A stretch of 64,000 nt of DNA from Scyliorhinus canicula (GCF_902713615.1 NC_052157.1:44850553-44914552), one strand, 5' to 3'; shown: positions 13,451 to 25,691, numbered from the stretch's first letter. Notes: generated by a model not told the origin, from the sequence alone. Translations and numbers: made by a program.

Positions 13451-13479
13451 ACTTAGAATGATGGCCCTGTGGTTATCAG

Positions 13480-14480
13480 GACCGGGATTCTCCGTTCTGG
13501 AGCGTACGTGCTCCCGCCAGCGGAGTCTGCTGATTCTGGGAGGGGGGGCCCCAATTCCAAGTCTCACTCCTTAACCATGCAAGTATATGCACGGTGGAGA
13601 GATTGCTGGATTCCGTCGGAATTTTGGTATCAGGCCGCCATTTTGAGTGGGAAGCCCAATCCCAAGGCCAGGTCTCAGCCCCTCCCACAACGCTAATGCT
13701 AATCTTGCCCCCTCTCTCCGCTGACAAGGAGGGACACCCTCCCCCCATCATGGGATTAATGGTTCACCTCCGCACAGCACACACCCATGAGGTTGATTCA
13801 CCCGCCCTATCAACCACCCCTGCCTGAAAGCTGAAGAGCAGTCCAGGCAGTAGAGTGGAAAAATCACTGCATTTTCACTTCTCCTTTCCTGACAAAAGTC
13901 TTTAAAGTAGCTGTTACAAGTATCAGAAACTTCCTGGAAAGCCCGGTACACTTTAATGGCTTCAAAACCCTTGACAGCTTTTGGAATGCAAAACTCCCAT
14001 TCAATTCACACAGTAATGCATATCACGTGCCCGTGATTGACAGTTGTACTGTTCCAGACACAGGTGTTTGGTGGACTGTTTATGTATATTTCCCTTCATG
14101 CTTGAATGCATCTCCATTATCCTACTTTTATGCTAGCCACAATGTTTATAAACAATCTTGCTGTGATTGACAGCTTCTGACTACATCAAAAGCAATAAAG
14201 TGGTTTCACTTCTTTTTCATAGCAGAAACCACACCCCTTGGTATTCCCAATGAGGTTGGGGGCAGGGGGAGACTCAGGCGTCAAGCCTGTTAATTGCACG
14301 CATATGTATGCTTAATGCTGACTTACATATTCCGCTGGTGTGGGGTGGGAGCAAGCTGCCCCTGCAAGCGAGGGATCGGAGCATATGGCTAGGGCACCAA
14401 ACCTGTTTCTTGGGCGACCTACCATTCTCCGCCCAATCGGGAATCTTGTGATCGGCATTTGGAAATGGACAATCCACCCC
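13480..14480. mobile_element. Non-autonomous Harbinger-like element (related to 60123-61530)
   Basis: Left end gaccgggattctcc; internal blocks (gtccag.cag...gaaaa.t.actg; ctgtgattg.ca) shared with the element at 60123. Confidence 0.5.
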
Positions 14481-14732
14481 CATGTCTAACCTTGTTCTTT
14501 TTATTTGAACAGGGCTGTAACATTTGCAATCTTCCAATTCTCCGGCACCATTCCCAAATCCAAGCAGAATTGAAAGATTGTATTGAGAGCCTCTACTGCC
14601 TCCAGTCTTTATTCCTTCAGAAATCTAGGTTGCATCCCCCTGGAGCAAGTAACTTGTTAACTTTGAATAGAACCAGCACATTAGTACCTCTTTGTGTTTT
14701 TATCTGATGTAACATGACTAATCAGGTGGCCC

Positions 14733-15055
14733 GGCAGCACAGTGGTTAGCACAGTTGCTTCACAGCTCCAGGTTTGATTCCTGGCTTGGGTCACTGCGCT
14801 GAGTCTGCACCTTCTCACCGTGTCTGCGTGGGTTTCCTCCGGGTGCTCCAGTTTCCTCCCACCGTCCAAAGATGTGCAGGTTGAGTGGGTTGGCCATGCT
14901 AAATTGCCCTTTTGTGTCCAAAAACGTTGGGTGAGGTTACTGCGTTACGGGGATGGGGTGGAGGTGTGGGCTTAGGAAGGGTGTTCTGTCCAAGGGCCGG
15001 TGCAGGCTCGATGGGCCGAATGGCCTACTTCTTCACTGTAAAATCTATGATTCTT
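14733..15055 (+). mobile_element. HE1-like V-SINE with CR1-derived tail (type B2)
   Basis: tRNA head, V-core, tail ggtgcaggctcgatgggccgaatggcct...ctgtaaaatctatgattct. Confidence 0.9.
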
Positions 15056-15199
15056 AAATCTCTCCATCCGACCTCTCTACTGCAACATTAACTTCACCCA
15101 TTTCTTTTGTGAAATTCTGATTTAAAGTTCTCATTCTGTTTCTCAATCATGCCTTGTGTCTTCAAAAGAAATTTTCCTTTTTTGTCTCGAATCATCCCT

Positions 15200-17585
15200 T
15201 TACTGATTTTTGGTGTGATTTTGCTAAAAGAAAACAAAGTCCCATAACGAGCATGTTTAATTGCATGTTTCTCGGCGCTCGCAGTGCCGGAAAATATGGC
15301 TATAAAACTGCACTCATATTAGATAAGGGGCCTCAGTGGGGAACATGCGGCCAAGGCCACACACAGCCCCATTTTATGCACTAGGTGTTCCGCTCACCGG
15401 AACTCTTCAGTATAGCGAAAGAAAACGGCGTCCCGATCTGAGGCCCCAACACAACCCTCAATCCCAAAGTGCTATAGGAGGGTTTCTAGCAGCCCCCCCC
15501 CCCCCGCCCCAACGCCCACGCAGGGCACCACGGCCCAATCGCCAGTACACAGAAAATGCCAGATTGGCAGTGCCAACCTGGCAGTGCTACCTGGGTGTGG
15601 TGATGTGCATCACTGCAAATACACAAGGGGTTAATGTAAATACATGTAGACTAGCTAGACACTAGAGGGAGCACCAGAGACATCACACACAAACACTCAA
15701 CCGATAGATCAGTGAGATAGGACACGACCAATGGGCATTCACGATACACACAGAGGTGACACGACCACAGGAGGCCATTACACCAACTCATATAAAGGAC
15801 ACCACACACAAGACATGACTCCAGTGTCACCAGCCTCCGCGGCGAGCTCGTGGACAGCCTCCCCGATAGACGCAACGCAAGACTCCAACGCGCAGTCCTT
15901 GCAGGAACAAGACCATGAGGGTCTAGCACCCTCTTCTGACCAACTAGCAGCAGACGATGCAAGTCTGCCATGCTCAATCAAACAGCAGGACGACCAAGAC
16001 GGTCTATCATGCTCCAGGGCAGAACAAAACGACGGTGACAGTCCAAGCCCAAGTGAAGAACAACAGCAAGACAATGACAGACCACCCACATTGGTTGCGC
16101 CACCAGATGAAGACTCTAACAATTTACTCAACCCAAGTGAACAGCTAGCAGCTACTGAGGCTCTACCCACGGTATGTGAGACGAGTGACGACAGCATCCC
16201 ACTTCCCATGCCAGTGCAAAGTGACAGATCTCAGCTAGTGTGCACAGAGGCACTCGACGATCACTGTGACACCACTGGTGACTCCAGTGACACCACGATA
16301 CTTCCAACCTCATTCGCTCGAACCTCTCTTCAAGTCAATGCATTCCTACATGTTCCAACTCCAGACGTGCAGCTTCAATAAATCTCAGCGGACTCCAGTG
16401 GACCTGCTAAGACTCCGGACAAGGAGCACCTGACTCCGGTGACACAAACGTGATTCCAGACGGGGAGCACCAACGAACCAACATTGACTCAGTTAACACA
16501 GACCGGACTCCAGATGGGGAGCAACCAAACGGCGACTCTGATTCACGTAAGTCGGACTTTACTCCAGACAGGAAGTGTCGCAACCTCAGTGATGGCACGC
16601 TCAGGGTGACAGCAGATGCCACAACGACAAGAGATGGATCACTTGGCAGTTACACTGGGTCAGTAATAACAAGCAGTGGCTACAGTCCGAGAGGAATTCA
16701 CCAATATTCCCCACAGCCATATCCACACATTTTGTCCACACCAGCTGTGCAGCCAATGACAGCTTTTGCTGGACAAACCCAAATCTGCATCACTATAAAT
16801 ACACAAAGGGTTAATATAAATACATGTAGACTAGCTAGACACTAGAGGGAGCACCAGAGACATCACACACACACACTCAACCAATAGATCAGTGAGATAG
16901 GACACGACCAATGGGCATTCACGATACACACAGAGGTACACGACCACAGGAGGGCATTACACCAACCCATATATAAAGGACACCACACACATGATCTGCC
17001 TCTTTCCAGTGGAGACAGTCAGTGAGTAGAGACACAGGGTTAATTTGATATCACTCCCACCACGTGGATTGTAGCAATCTGGTTAGTCAGTCTGAGTAGC
17101 TATAGTAGGATTAGCAGTAGTGTCGAACCCGAGTTATAGAAGTGTATATAGTTTAATAAATGTGTTGAAGTTATCTCCACGTCTGATCCTTCCTTTGTCA
17201 AGTGCACCACAAGGAAGCTGCTTATGCTACACCTAGAGCATAACAAGACACTGGGTAGTGCCAGGCTGGCACCAATGTGGCACAGCCAGGGTGCCCGGGT
17301 GGTACCAGTAGTGCTAGGGTACCACCCTGCCCAGAATGCCTGCACCTGGGGGCCTCTGAAGCCTTGGGAGACCTCCACGAGTCCTGTTTCATCTGGTCCC
17401 CGTTTTAGGAGACCAATACTGAACATGCGCTCGCCCGAGGTCTCCGAGAGAAGGAGATTGATCCCACGGGATTCGGGAATCTACACATTAAAATGAGACT
17501 AGCTGTCTCACTTTAATATGCAGATTTGCTAAAATGTGGGCGGGGTATACAGCGCACCGTCTCGTGAGATTTATCGACCCTGATG
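15200..17585. mobile_element. Harbinger-like MITE interrupted by an LTR element
   Basis: The ggcagtgcc/ggcacc repeat-rich core is continuous across the LTR insertion site (...gcagtgctacctggg | tagtgccaggctggcacc). Outer ends approximate. Confidence 0.5.
15596..17250 (+). mobile_element. Internally deleted LTR retrotransposon (Gypsy-like, non-autonomous)
   Basis: TG...CA termini with 5-bp TSD CTGGG (15591-15595, 17251-17255). ~205-bp direct repeat at ~15606-15810 and ~16785-16990. The 3' LTR has CCAAT boxes, TATAAA and AATAAA (17155). Confidence 0.85.
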
Positions 17586-17599
17586 CGCTGCTTTTCAGG

Positions 17600-18860
17600 C
17601 ACAGCATGGCCATTCAATCACACCCTATATTTGTTCTCAAATATTTGTTTTCTTTTGTATTATCTGCTTATCTTTTCTCATATTCACTCTTTACTTTTCT
17701 TATATCCCTTTTCAATTCCCCCCTGAACTCTCTGATCTGCTAGTTTTCTATTGCCCTTTGTACCTGGCATCGGTCATAACCTTTTTCTGTTTTTCTTCAT
17801 CTCGTATTTCCTTTATCATCCAGCGAGCACTAGCTTTGAGTGCCCTATCTTTCTTCCTTATGTGAAAATACTTGGTTTGTACCTGAACTACTCATTTACT
17901 ATTTTCCTGGCCAATCTTTGTTTCCAGTTGATCTGTGTCAGATTACTTTGAACATAATTGAAATTGGCTCCCTCTGAAGTTGGATATTTTCACTTTATAT
18001 CTTTCTTTGTCCCTTTCCCTAGTTAATTTAAGCTTAATGATGCAATAATCCATTTTTGCCCAGATGATCTTTCAGTGAAACACACACCACCTGCTCCATT
18101 TGAATCCCAAAACGCAATGCAGCACTGATTCATTCCTCATTGAGCGAAGGAAAGTTCTACTACAAGCATTTTTGAAATTCTTCACTGTCCTTGTTTTCTG
18201 TTCTGTCTTCTCCTGATCTATATGGAGTAATTGAAGTCGTCTACCAATACTGGTCTTATTTTTACATTTGTCTGAAATTTGCCTGCATATTTGCTCCTCT
18301 ATCACCTCATTATTTTGTGCCCTGCAGTAAACTATTTAGCATGTCTTCTGTTCCTGAACTCGAACCAAATAAATTTAGTCTGCAGTGAAACCATCTGTCC
18401 CTCTGTAGATTTGGAAAATTACCCTTAATCAATATTGTCCCTGCTCCACCACTGTCTTTTTCTTTTCCTTACATTCCCCATGTATACATTATATCAGGCC
18501 TGTTGTGTTCTTATTCCTGTCCATTTTTAAGCTGAGTCTCCATTACAAGCACTATAATCATAACATCAGGTACCTGTAGTTCCTTAGTTATAATTCATCT
18601 CACATTAACATGTGCATTAACACTATGCTATTCTGCTTTGCTTTTTTTCCTCTATCTAGTTCCTGATCCTTCTATACTATTCCTTCTTCTGTTACTGATG
18701 TTTGCTCTTGGTTTTCTATGCAACTTGTTTTCTCCCTTTTGGTGCTGCATTCTGGTTCCCCACTACCAACCAAATGAATTTAAAACCTCTCCCCGATTAC
18801 CAGTTAATCTCCTTGTGAGGACATTTATTCCAACCCTGTTTAGCTGCAACTCATCTTTAA
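17600..18860 (-). mobile_element. Old CR1 ORF1/endonuclease-region fragment
   Basis: Pyrimidine-rich plus strand; decayed CR1 endonuclease-like sequence on the minus strand. Confidence 0.45.
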
Positions 18861-18894
18861 CATAAAAAAACATTTTACAAAGGGGAAGAAGGAA

Positions 18895-19420
18895 TAACAA
18901 AAACAGACAATAGTGGCAAATCTCAGCACGTCTGACAGCATCTGTGGAGAGAAACGGGAGCTAACGTTTCAAGTCTGGATGACTTTTCGTCACAGCTTTG
19001 ACAAAGAGTCATCTAGACTCGAACCATTATAATAATAATTGTTATTTTCACAAGTAGGCTTACATTAACGCAGCAATGATGTTACTGTGAAAATCCCCCA
19101 GTCGCCACATTCCGGCGCCTGTTCGCATACACGGATGGAGAATTCAGAATGTCCAAATTACCTAACAGCCCGTCTTGTGGGAGGAAACCGGAGCACCCGG
19201 AGGAAACCCACACAGACACGGAGAGAATGTGCAGACTCCGCACAGACAGTGGCCCAAGCCAGGAATCGAACCTGGGACCCTGGCCCTGTGAAGCGACAGT
19301 GCTAACCACTGTGTGCTACCGTGCCGCCAGCTCCCTTTTCTCTCCACAGGTGCTGTCAAACCTGCTGAGATTGGCCAGTATTTCCTGTTTTTGTTTCAGA
19401 TTCCAGCATCCGCAGTAATT
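18895..19420. repeat. Palindromic shark interspersed repeat with a V-SINE inserted at its centre
   Basis: Arms ctcagcacgtctgacagcatctgtggagagaaa and ttttctctccacaggtgctgtcaaacctgctgag are inverted repeats. Related copies at ~27670-27900, 35820-35960, 47660-47850 and 51140-51220. Confidence 0.7.
19027..19328 (-). mobile_element. V-SINE, tail type C
   Basis: Reverse complement of the 62593-62892 type, with an (AAT)n tail. Confidence 0.9.
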
Positions 19421-20889
19421 AGCTTTTATAGAAGGAATAACATATTGACTATCCAACAGTATAGCACTTTATTTTTCCTATATATATTACAACTAGTTTG
19501 TGAAGATGCAAATATACAAACAATCATCGAGAGGAAAAAAACTGTCTAGTTTATCCATGTAATTGTGATATCTTGTACATCAAAATATATTGACTCTCAG
19601 CCCACCTTAAACCAGGTAATATCCTGTAATAATTAGGAAAATATGGGATAGAAATCCAGAATGTGTTTATCTATTCTTAGTTACATATTTATTGACAGCA
19701 GATATCAGTAATCTGTCAATGCAGCTATCGAGGGTGGTTTGGGTTCCAGAAACAGTTGGAACAATTATACATTCACTCAACAATGCCACAAGGCAATAGA
19801 AACACCATTTTAGCGATATAGAAAAAGACGACTAGACTCAATTAAGTTTATACCCATGATGTAATTCCACCAACCCATCACCTTATCATATCCACCTATC
19901 CCTTTGCCCTCTGCAAATGCTTTTGATATAATGTTGGGTAGGAATACACGGGGCCAACAAGGACCATTTAATCCATTTGGCTGACCTTATAATTTAAAAC
20001 CAGGATCACGGACAGAGTTAATTGTACTTTCTTATTTTCTGTGATCAAAGTTTTTTATTGTGTGGGGTTAGTGTGTGTTTGTCCCAATTTACATTATTTT
20101 CAGCAGCAAGCGTTTGTGAATTTAAAAATAAAGCAGATTATTTATTATGCTCTTTCCCCAGAGTTGTTAACACAATATCTTGTACATCCTTTTCCACATG
20201 CAGAGAATCGATACAAATGAGAGAGAAAACAATACAATTAAATGTTCAAATGATATCAGTCTCTTTTAGCAGGCCTGTACTTACTTAGCTGAATTGATTC
20301 TCTAGCTGGAGTGGATGTCACGTAAAAGCAGAGGATTTTCAATAAGCTGCAAGGTTTCTTGTAATTGAATTGCCAGGAGGTCGATTCTCGGGTGAACCTG
20401 AGGTTGAAATAGGTTTGGGGAAGATTCCTTCTCCCACTTTCAAGGTATAGCTACATTGTCTTGCTACTGGTCCAATGGTTTGTCAAATGGAATCTCATGG
20501 TGTTTCTCTGCTCTGAACAGCTTCTGCTGTACCTTTTACAAGCATGGCTGCCTTAACCATGTGACATATACACGCCCAAAGATCATTCTGAAATATAGGA
20601 GTGGCTTTGACCGACATACATCCTGTGATGTAGCCTTTCTCGTTTTTGAGTGTTTTGAGGCAGCAAGGGTCTTCATGTTTGAGGTGAGGGGCCATCACAA
20701 TACAATTTCACATTTATCCCAACACCCATTGAGTTTCAACATCACCATTGTTTATAGTGAGGCAAGAAGACGAATTGTCTGGTGTATCATTGTCCTTTTT
20801 GCTTATAGTTTATCCTTAACAAAAGGATGCGAGTTTCAAAAGTGTCATACTTTAGTGAGGTATTTGCTTGAGTCAAGCCAGTACCCATG

Positions 20890-21080
20890 ACTAAAATAGT
20901 ACATGGCTCTTGGTTTTATAAATGGAGGCTTAGAGTTCAAAAACAAGGTAGTTGCACTTAGCCCTTGAAAATCACTGGTTAGGCCCCAGCAGATGTATGT
21001 TGTCCAATTCTGCCCTCAGCCCTACCATCATTAGGGAGGATGTCAAGGCTTTAGAGGTGAAGAAGAGATTTATTAGAATG
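20890..21080 (+). mobile_element. Degraded CR1 3' fragment
   Basis: Decayed ..LVRPQ..YVVQFC.. and RRFIRM motifs. Confidence 0.5.
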
Positions 21081-22509
21081 AAAGGGAGTAACATTTTAAT
21101 TTTTAGCAGCTTTGCCTGAAGGGCTCATTGAAATGGTTGCTTCATCTTTGGAGCATTTTTCTGGCACTCCCACTGCATGATTGGAAGAGTCCCTAATTTA
21201 CGTAAATGCAATCTTTACAAGTCCTGTGCACAGTTGATTGAAAAGTTTCTACTACATTAGGTGCTTCTTGCTCACATTAGTTTGTGCATAACACACAGAG
21301 TATGGGATAGGTCTCAGACCACTGCATGTGATCATATCAGCTCAAAATGGGTATCTCAGCATATTATTAGCCCCACAGTGTAGTAAGTTACTTTCCATTT
21401 ATTTTCTTCATTAGAGGCTTGACAGTTACACAGCATGTACACCTACAAAGGTTGTGTTGAGAGCAGGGCAGGCCAGGCACAGATCAAGTGAAGGATGTCT
21501 GTGCTGAGGGATGGCAGAACCTTCCCTCTTAAGTGTCAGCACCAAGTGTTGTCAGATCATGGTAGCACAACTCAATGCATGCCTTTGTTTCAAAACCAGG
21601 AGGATGCTTTGTAGGAATCCTTCAAATGTTACTTGTCTGAATCTGATAACCAACTTAGTATCAGGCCCAGGGCACGTCTCTGTCTCTGTTGTTTTCCTTC
21701 AAATTGCTTGGAGACCATCTAAACTCATTTCACTGTCAGACGAAAGAGGAAACTTATTTCATGTGCTGAACTTGAATCCAGGGTCTCGGTGCTTAAATAG
21801 ATGTATGTACTTTTAAATAGTTATGTTGTTTATAGAAACTATCTTACGGCCACAAAAATCAGAGATATTTAAAAATAAGATGTAATTCCCAGTTTAATAG
21901 AAATTTGTATTTCCATTTGTGTCTGTAAAGCGTACCACTTTGGTTTTGACCTTTCCACTTGCCATATGGAAGGAACCATAATTAGTGGGGACCGTTTAAT
22001 GGACTTAGCTTAATGTGCAATATAAACCCCATTCAACCTGTCAGCTGTTCTGCTATTTGATATCTGTTATATGCTCTTTTTTTAAAGTAATAAACTATCC
22101 TAAATGCAGCAGACCAATGATGAGCATTGGGCTGTAATGTAGGACTATATTAGATTCAAACTTTGAAATGGCAATGTGCTTTGCATTGACTACATTACCC
22201 ATGCTATACAAGAATGGGATTTTTTCCAGATGTTCGGTTTTATTGATGTGAAAATTCGGAAGAGGCACAGTTTCAAAACCATTTCAGATCCGGTTACATG
22301 CTTTGATTGTGGTATCCAATAGCCTAAACCATTTCCTATTCTGTTACATTATTTAATTGTGGCATCATACGACTTAATAACTCTATAAGAGAATTTATTT
22401 TTCTGCCATTTCTGTGCTTTGAAACCAAATTGCTTTCATACGTAAGTTGGTGAACCACTTATTGAAAATCAAAGAAAATCCACACAATTTAGTAAAGAGC
22501 AGAGAAAGA

Positions 22510-22925
22510 CAGCATTTCTGAGGGATAACATTTTTAATATTTAATCTGAATAATTTGACTGCTTGTCCTATTTTGTTGCATTGCCTTGTAAAGCGTTCTG
22601 ATTACTCATTACCTAAGCAAGTGCTCCCTGAAATCATAGCCCTATTCACTGTGTAACAATGACATTTAAAACTCCCAACCAGCCCTACTGCACCTTTCAT
22701 AACCCCCTGGCTATTTCTACAGTGTCTGTAGCTAAATACTGTATTGGCACTTCTGATTGTGTGATCTAAAAGAAGCAAATTCACTGCCGACACCAAGATT
22801 AGGTTTATTAGAAACCAGTTCTGTTGATTTACTGTGGGCTTTTTTCCTATATGAACACCAAAATATTCACATGAGAGTTTCCTAATGGGAAGGATGATCC
22901 AAACTTGTCAAGCAGCAGGACGATT
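22510..22925 (+). repeat. Left copy of ~420-bp direct repeat flanking the RTE LINE
   Basis: Aligns end to end with 25258-25691 (cagcat..tgagggataa ... caggacgatt). Confidence 0.9.
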
Positions 22926-25257
22926 TTTTTCTTCTTCTTCCAAGATCATTCACTAATGAGTATGATTGTCCACCTAAGAAAGTCCGCATTACTGATCATG
23001 GGTTCTGTGGGTTCCTGCATGATCCTGGAGCCACATCTTTGACCGCACACTTGCCATGGATTTCCGGGAGGTGGGATCAGTCCTTGGACTCTAGATTGCT
23101 GATATTCCTTTCTCCAGGCTCCTTTTTCGGGCTTCCTCGTGCTGTCGGGTGTCCTCAAAGAATTTTGTCCCTTCAATCAGGAGGTTCCCCCATGTAGGTG
23201 TCTTCTGAGCGAAGGTATCCTAGGCATTGACATTGATGTTGCATTTCTTGAGGTAAGCCTTCACAGTGCCTTTGAAGCTTTTCCTTTGTTCGTTGTCCAC
23301 CTCTTGTTTGGGAGACTTTCTTGAACTGGGCAAAGAGGATTTGCTTGGCAGTCGGGACTCTGACATCCTAAGCACATGGCCGCCAGTGGAGTTGGTTTCG
23401 GATGACCATGGCCTCGGATGCTAGTGCTCTTGGCTCCTTCAAGGACATTGATGTTAGTATGCCTGCCCTCCTAGCTGATGCAGCAAATCCATCTCGAACA
23501 GCTTTGATGATGCTTCTCCAGTGTCTTGGGGTGGTGTCTTTACGTAGTCCAAGGGCGCAATTCTCCGCACTCACGACGGTGCGGAGAATAGCGAGAGTCG
23601 TAAATTTTTACGGCCACGCTAGTCCGACGCCCTCCCGCTATTCTCCCCCCACGCCCAACCCCCGACACGAATCGCTACCGCCGTTTTTTTACGGCCAGCA
23701 GCGATTCTCAGCTGGCCGATGGGCCGAATTCCAAGCCCTTTACGGCCGTTTTTACGAACGGCAAACACACCTGGTCTGGCCGTTCGTAAAAACGGTCGTA
23801 AAGTCCCGATTTTGAAAACCATGGCACCGATTGGCACGGCAGTACCACGGCCGTGCCAAGGGTGCCATGGGCCCGCGATCGGTGGGCACCGATCGCGGGC
23901 AGCGGGTCCGATTCCCGCGCACTCTTTGTCCTTCCGCCGCCCCGCTGTATCACTTCGTGGGGCGGCTGAGGGGCAGCCCGGCCCACGCATGCGCAGGTTT
24001 CGCGCAAATACGCGATGACGTCATCCGCGCATGCGCGGGTTGGAGTCTTCCAATCCGCGCATGCGCGGCTGACGTCATGTGACGCATCAGCCGGCGCAAA
24101 CTCTGGCAAGCGGGCTTAACGAAATTCGTTAAGCCCGCGATGCCGGAGTTCACGGCCGCGGCATACTAGCCCCGACCGGGGACCAGAATCGGTTCCCGGT
24201 CGGGGAGGGGGAGGCTGGCGTCAAACCCGCCCGGTTTTGACGCCAGCCTTACGATTTCTCCCTGTCTGGGAGAATCGCGCCCCAAGTTTCTCAGCCGTAT
24301 GGAAGAGTTGGGAGGACAACTGCCTTAAACAACAAGGATCTTGGTGTCAACACGAATGTCACGGTCACCAAAGACTCTTTTCCTTGGGCATCTCAAGGAG
24401 GCGCTTGCGGATCTCCGCATGGATGTCAGCCTTAGAGGAGAGTTGGTTCCCAGGTATGGGAAATGGGTTTCACTGTTGATCCTGATGGAGGGAGAGACCG
24501 GATCTTGCCCTGGGGCGGGTTGGTAAAAGAATTGAGTCTTCTTGAGGTTGAGGCTGAGACCAATGCTTCCACGAAGGTGTCGAGCATGACTTTGGAGATT
24601 GTATTCTGGGAGATTGGAGAATGGCGATGTCATCTGCATACTTAAGTTCCATGAGTGATGTCAGTGTTGTTTTCTTCTTGGATTTTAACTGGTTGAGGTT
24701 GAAATGTTCTTCGTCATGCAGACTATGTCCATTCCACTGGTAGTGACAAGGTGAAGTATGGTGGCAATGAAGATGGAGAAAAGAGTAGGGGTGATGACAT
24801 ATTCCTGCTTGACTCCCAATCCTGACCTCAAAGGTTTCTGTCTTATTTTCCACCAGTGAGGACTTCACCGACATGTTGTTGTGGTGGAGCCGGAGGATGT
24901 TGATGAATTTCTCTGGACAGCCGGCCTTTGACAGGGTCTTCCGCAGCACTTCCCGATTGACTGAGTCATGAGCCTTGGTCAGATTGATGAAGGCCATGAA
25001 GAGTAGAGTGGTTGATGCTGCTCCTGGCATTTCTCCTGAAGTTGCCGAGCAGAGAAAATTATTACCACTGTTCCAGGGTTTGGTCGGACGCCACACTGGC
25101 TTTCTGGAAGGATTTCTTCAGAGACTGGGATAAGGCGGCTCGCGAGGATTCGGGCGATGATCTTCCCGTAATGGAAAGTAGGGAGATTCCTCAGTATTCC
25201 TACAGTCCGCTTTGTCTCCTTTCTTGAAGATGGAGGTGATAACTGCATTCCTGAGCT
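22926..25257 (-). mobile_element. RTE-clade LINE, 5'-truncated and degraded
   Basis: Minus-strand RT peptides GKIIARILASRLIPVSEEILPESQCG, FSARQLQEKCQEQ, AHDSVNRE, ELKYADD, GLSLNLKKT, QLHW; (GAA)n-type tail at 22926-22940. Confidence 0.85.
23553..24282. mobile_element. Young PIF/Harbinger-like MITE nested in the RTE
   Basis: 14-bp TIRs gggcgcaattctcc / ggagaatcgcgccc; 3-bp TSD CAA (23550-23552, 24283-24285); very CpG-rich with many internal hairpins. Confidence 0.85.
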
Positions 25258-25691
25258 CAGCATATTTGAGGGATAATGTTTTTAATATTTAATCAGAATG
25301 ATATCACTACTTGTCCTATTTTGTTGCATTGCCTTGTAAAACTTTCTGATTACTCATTACCTATTGCAGACATCACTGCCTAAGCAAGCGCCTCCCTGAA
25401 ATCATAGCCATATTCACTGTGCAGCAATGACATTTAAAACTCCCAACCAGCCCTACTGCACCTTTCATAACCCTCTGGCTATTTCTAGTGTCTGTAGCTA
25501 AATATCGTGTTGGCAGTTCTGGCTGTATGACCCAACGAAAGCAAATTTTCTGCAGCCTCTTAAGATTAGGTTGATTGCAAACAGTTATGTGGATTTACTG
25601 TGGGCTTTTTGCCTATATAAGCTCCAAAATATTCACAAAAGTGTTTCCCAATTTGAAGGATGATCCAAGCTTGTCAAACAACAGGACGATT
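25258..25691 (+). repeat. Right copy of ~420-bp direct repeat flanking the RTE LINE
   Basis: Aligns with 22510-22925 and carries an extra ~19 bp (ttgcagacatcactgccta) bounded by ccta microhomology. Confidence 0.9.

Noticed and set aside
23368-24479. Cluster of overlapping 60-137 aa ORFs on both strands
   Set aside because: They arise from the GC-rich, stop-poor MITE and from antisense frames of the RTE; no recognisable domain.
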